Below, in pieces: positions 60,074-64,000 of a stretch of DNA of 64,000 nt; within the stretch, counting starts at the first letter, position 1; every line of letters begins with the position of its first letter. Source of the DNA: Mobula hypostoma (lineage: Eukaryota); the NCBI RefSeq assembly GCF_963921235.1, contig NC_086098.1, positions 8,680,001 to 8,744,000 of the forward strand, in the 5' to 3' direction. The notes beneath the pieces were generated by a model that was not told the DNA's origin, made no database searches, and saw only the letters and a program-made list of their open reading frames with translations. Made by a program: the position numbers and the translations under genes.

Positions 60074-61049
60074 TAGCAGTAACTTGGTAGTTTTGTGATT
60101 TGAATACTGAACATTGAGTGCATATTGCATTGCCCATTGAGTACTGTATCTACCCTGAGTATTTATTGTTCCTGTGACCACGTGGATTCCCCTGGGTGCT
60201 TCACCTCCCTCCCACATCATTGAAACGTTCCCACAACCAATGAACCCACTTTCAAGGACTTTTCATCTCGTGTTCTTGTTATTTATTGCTATTTATTTAT
60301 ATTTGCATTTGCACAGTTTGTTGCCTTCTGCACTTGGGTTGAATGTCCTAGTTAGGTGGGTCTCTCATTGATTCTGTTATAGTTACTATTGTATAGATTT
60401 GTTGAGTATGCCCACAAGAAAATATCAGGGTTGTGTATGGTGACATATATGTGTTTTGATAACAAATTTACTTTGAACTTTGAACGTATCAAAATGTGTG
60501 GGTTTGTGGGCTATTTAGTTTCTGTAAATTATCTATAGTGTGTACATGAGGGGTAGAATGAAATGGGATCAGAGTAGAATTGGTGTCTCTGGGTTGGCAT
60601 GGAGTCGATGGCCCTAAGGACCTGTTACTGTGCTGTTTCTAACCAAACTGACGATCTCTAATTGATTGATTAAGCTAGAATGCGGTGTGCACCAATGGAT
60701 TGTCAACTGCCATGAGGCAAGAGCAAAGTTGCAGCTTAATATTTAAGGAAAGCGCAACAGGATTAAAAATATCTTTGTTTATTTTTAGTTTGATGTGTTA
60801 AACTAAACACATTAAGATAAGTATGACATGACAGGTGGAGTGATGTAGCTGGGATATGGAGGAGTTAGTGAAAACTACTGAGCCTCACAGCAATTACAAT
60901 TAATAGTAACATACAAAATGCTGCAGGAACTCAGTAGGTCAGGCAGCATCTATGAAGAAGGATAAAGAGCCGATGTTTTGGGCTGAGACTCTTCATCAGA
61001 ACAGAGCAGGTGCGGCAATTTGCATGGGCGATTGGAAAACCGGGGTTCA

Positions 61050-62135
61050 ATCCCGCCAGATTGTACCAGATGACTGGAAAATTGCAAAGGTTACTCTGCT
61101 GTTTAAAAACGGTGGGAGGCAGCAGAAAGGAAACTAGACTTGTTAGCCTGACACCAGTGGTTGGGAAGTTGTTGGAATTGATAGTTAGGGATGAGATTAC
61201 GGAGTATCTGGAGGCACATGACAAGATAGGCCAAAGCCAGCATGGTTTCCTGAAAGAAAAGTCCTGCCTGACTATCCTACTGCAATTAGTTTAGTGGAAT
61301 GGGCAAAGAAGTGGTAAATGAAATACAATGTTGGAAAGTGTATGGTCATGCAATTTGGTGGAAGAAATAAATGGGCAGACTATTATTTAGATGGGGAGCG
61401 AATTCAAACTGCAGAACTGTAAAGGGACTTGGGAGTCCCTGTGCAGGATACCCTAAAGGTTAACCTCCGGGTTGAGTCGGTGGTGAAGAAGGCAAATGTA
61501 ATATTGGCATTCCTTTCTAAAGGTATAGAACATAAGAGCAGGGATGTGATGTTGAGGCTCTATAAGGCACTCGTGAGACCACACTTGGTGTATTGTGTGC
61601 AGTTTTGGGCTCCGTATTTTAGAAAGGATATACTGACATTGGAGAGGGTTCAGAGAAGATTGATGAGAATGATTCCAGGGATGAAAGGGTTACTGTCTGA
61701 GGAACGTCTGGCAGCTCTTGGGCTGTATTCCCTGGAGTTCAGGAGAATGAGGGGGAATCTCATAGAAACATTCCAAATTTTAAAAGACCTGAACAGATTA
61801 GATATGGCAAAGTCATTTCCCATGGGAGGGGAATCTAGGACAAAGGGGTACGACTTCAGGATTGAAGGACATCCTTTTAGAACTAAGATGCGGAGAAATT
61901 ACTTTAGTCAGAGGGTAGTAAATCTGTAGAATTTGTTGCCGTGAGCTGTTGTGGAAGCCAAATCATTGGGTGCATTTAAGGCAGGGGTAGATAGTTTCTT
62001 GATTAGCCAGGGCATCAAAGGGTATGGGGAGAAGGCAGGGGAGTGGGGATGACTGGAATAATTGGATCAGCCCATGATTGAATGGCAGAGAAGACTCAGT
62101 GGGCCGAATGGCCTACTTCTCCTATATCTTATGGT
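61050..62135 (+). mobile_element. CR1 ORF2 fragment with internal deletion, to 3' end
   Basis: SQHGFLK.KSCLT and ORF 61429..61929 YKALVRPHL.YCVQFWAP; ends cctatatcttatggtctta. Confidence 0.9.
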
Positions 62136-62464
62136 CTTAAGGTTCTCCCCATGACCATGTGGATTTCCTCTGGGTGCTCTGGCTTCTTCCCACATTCCAA
62201 AGATGTGAGGGTTATTGTTGGTAACTTGTGGGCATGCTACGTTGGTGCTAGAAGTATGGCAGCACTTCCAGACTACAGACTCTGTTGGTCATTAATGTAA
62301 ACAATGCACTTCACTGTATGTTTTGATATTTCAATGTACATCTCACAAATAATTTATGACGCTAATGTGCCAAAAGCTTTCTTTACAACCTTACCCTCCT
62401 GTACCACCACTTTCAATGAATAAAGGACCTATATTTCCAGATCCCTTTGTTCTACCACACTCCT

Positions 62465-63350
62465 CAGGAGATGGGAGGTTGGAAGTTGTATAAGGTGTTG
62501 GTGAGGCCTCGATAGGAGTCATGTGTGCAGTTTTGGTCACCTACCTACAGGAAAGATGTAAATAAAGTTGAAAGAGCACAGAGAAAATTTACAAGGATAC
62601 TGCGGGGCCTGGAGGACCTGAGTTTATAGGAAAGGTTGAATAGGTTAGAACTTTGTTCCTTGAAATATCGAAGGTTGAGAGGAGATTTAATAGAGCTATG
62701 GAGAATTCTGAGGGGTATAGATAGGGTAAATGCAAGCAGGCTTTTTCCATTGAGGTTGGGTGGGACTACATCCAGGGGTCATGGATTAAAGGTCCCACTA
62801 TTCAGGACATTTACAAAGACAGGTGTGTAAAAAGGGCCCAAAGGATCATTGGGGACCCAAGTCACCCCAACCACAAACTGTTCCAGCTGCTACCATCTGG
62901 GAAATGGTACCGCAGCATAAAAGCCAGGACCAACAGGCTCCGGGACAGCTTCTTCCACCAGGCCATCACTTTGCTTAACTCATGCTGACACAACTGTATT
63001 TCTTTGTTATATTGACTATCCTGTTGTACGTATTATTTATTATAAATTATTAATTGCGCATTATACACTTAGACGCAGATGTAACATGAAGACTTTTACT
63101 TCTCATGTATATGAAGGATGTAAATAATAAAGTCAGTTCAATTTAAGGGGAATGTGAGGGGAAGCTTCTTCATTCAGAGGGTTATGAGAGTGTGGAATGA
63201 GCTGCCAGCACAGGCTCAATTTGAGTGTCACACGGATGGCAGGCTCATGGAGTGCTGTGGTCCGGGTGCAGGTCGATTGGACTAGGCAGTTTGGTTCGGC
63301 ACGGACTAGATGGCCAAAGGGCCTGTTTCTGTGCTGAACTTTTCTATGAC
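62465..63350 (+). mobile_element. Old CR1 3' fragment interrupted by a Rex1-like 3' fragment (~62792-63140)
   Basis: ORF 62636 RRLRGDLIE...RGHGLKV switches into sequence matching 41940-42300; CR1 sequence resumes after 63140. Confidence 0.8.
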
Positions 63351-64000
63351 TATGACTGTAAGTGTAGATAAGTACATGGATGAGAGAGGTTTGGAAGGCA
63401 ATGGTCCACGTGCAGTTAGATGGGATTAGGTGGAAGACCAGGCTGGCACAGTCTGTGTGGGCTGTGCTGTAGTGCTGTATGACTCTAAGATTCCAAATTA
63501 GATGAAAACTGAAATTTTAATACTTCATAACATATCCCTTTATATAGGTGTGATGGTAACTTGAATGTCAGTACTATTTCAGGAACTTTTTTTCTAGTCT
63601 GTTATATCTGTCACTATAGCAACTGTTTGCTGTTGAGTATTTATTTAAAATTCAAAATCATCATTTCCCTGGTAGTAATGAAGATCTTATACAATATTGC
63701 CCTCTGACACTGGATATTGAAGAAGATTCTTAATGACATTCTTGTTCTGACTCTTAGGATATGAACACTTTTAAGAATAAGCAGGTTTTCTCAGTGAAAA
63801 TTGAATGTTTTTCCCAAAATCAAGAATTACTTATTTTCTGAAGGAAGGAAAGAGTAAATATCAAAGCTGCTTATATAATTGTTGACTCAAGAGATGACAG
63901 GACTATAATGTCAGATAGCTTTGTTCTCTTTCTTCCCTCAAAATATCAATTCATATTAGTAGGAAAGAGAGAATTGAAGGTCTTCTCAGTCTCTCAATAC

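Overview
This is vertebrate genomic DNA, most likely a cartilaginous fish (inferred from V-SINE/HE1-like SINEs plus abundant CR1, Rex1 and Penelope repeats). The window holds six consecutive coding exons (2-7 by human numbering, 616 nt) of the kinase gene MAP3K7/TAK1 on the + strand; exon 1 and exons 8+ are not in the window. The introns are densely packed with retroelements. Four things stand out. (1) A degraded, apparently LTR-less endogenous retrovirus lies on the - strand (~39545-29185), with a CCHC gag, protease, RT, two RNase H-type domains and integrase. Removing later insertions reveals an env with a furin site, a fusion peptide and a paramyxo/pneumovirus-F-like layout, suggesting a lokiretrovirus-like element. 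(2) An ORF-intact Neptune-type Penelope-like element sits in sense orientation in intron 3, bracketed by two intact minimal hammerhead ribozymes 3516 nt apart. (3) A series of Penelope-derived fold-back insertions share fixed end points and have 13-15 bp target-site duplications; one is a 140-bp palindrome centred on the hammerhead stem III. (4) A multi-level nested insertion stack makes up much of the 30.6-kb intron 4. Exon, TSD, TIR and ribozyme coordinates were counted by hand; boundaries of degraded repeats are approximate and family names come from motif recognition, not database searches.
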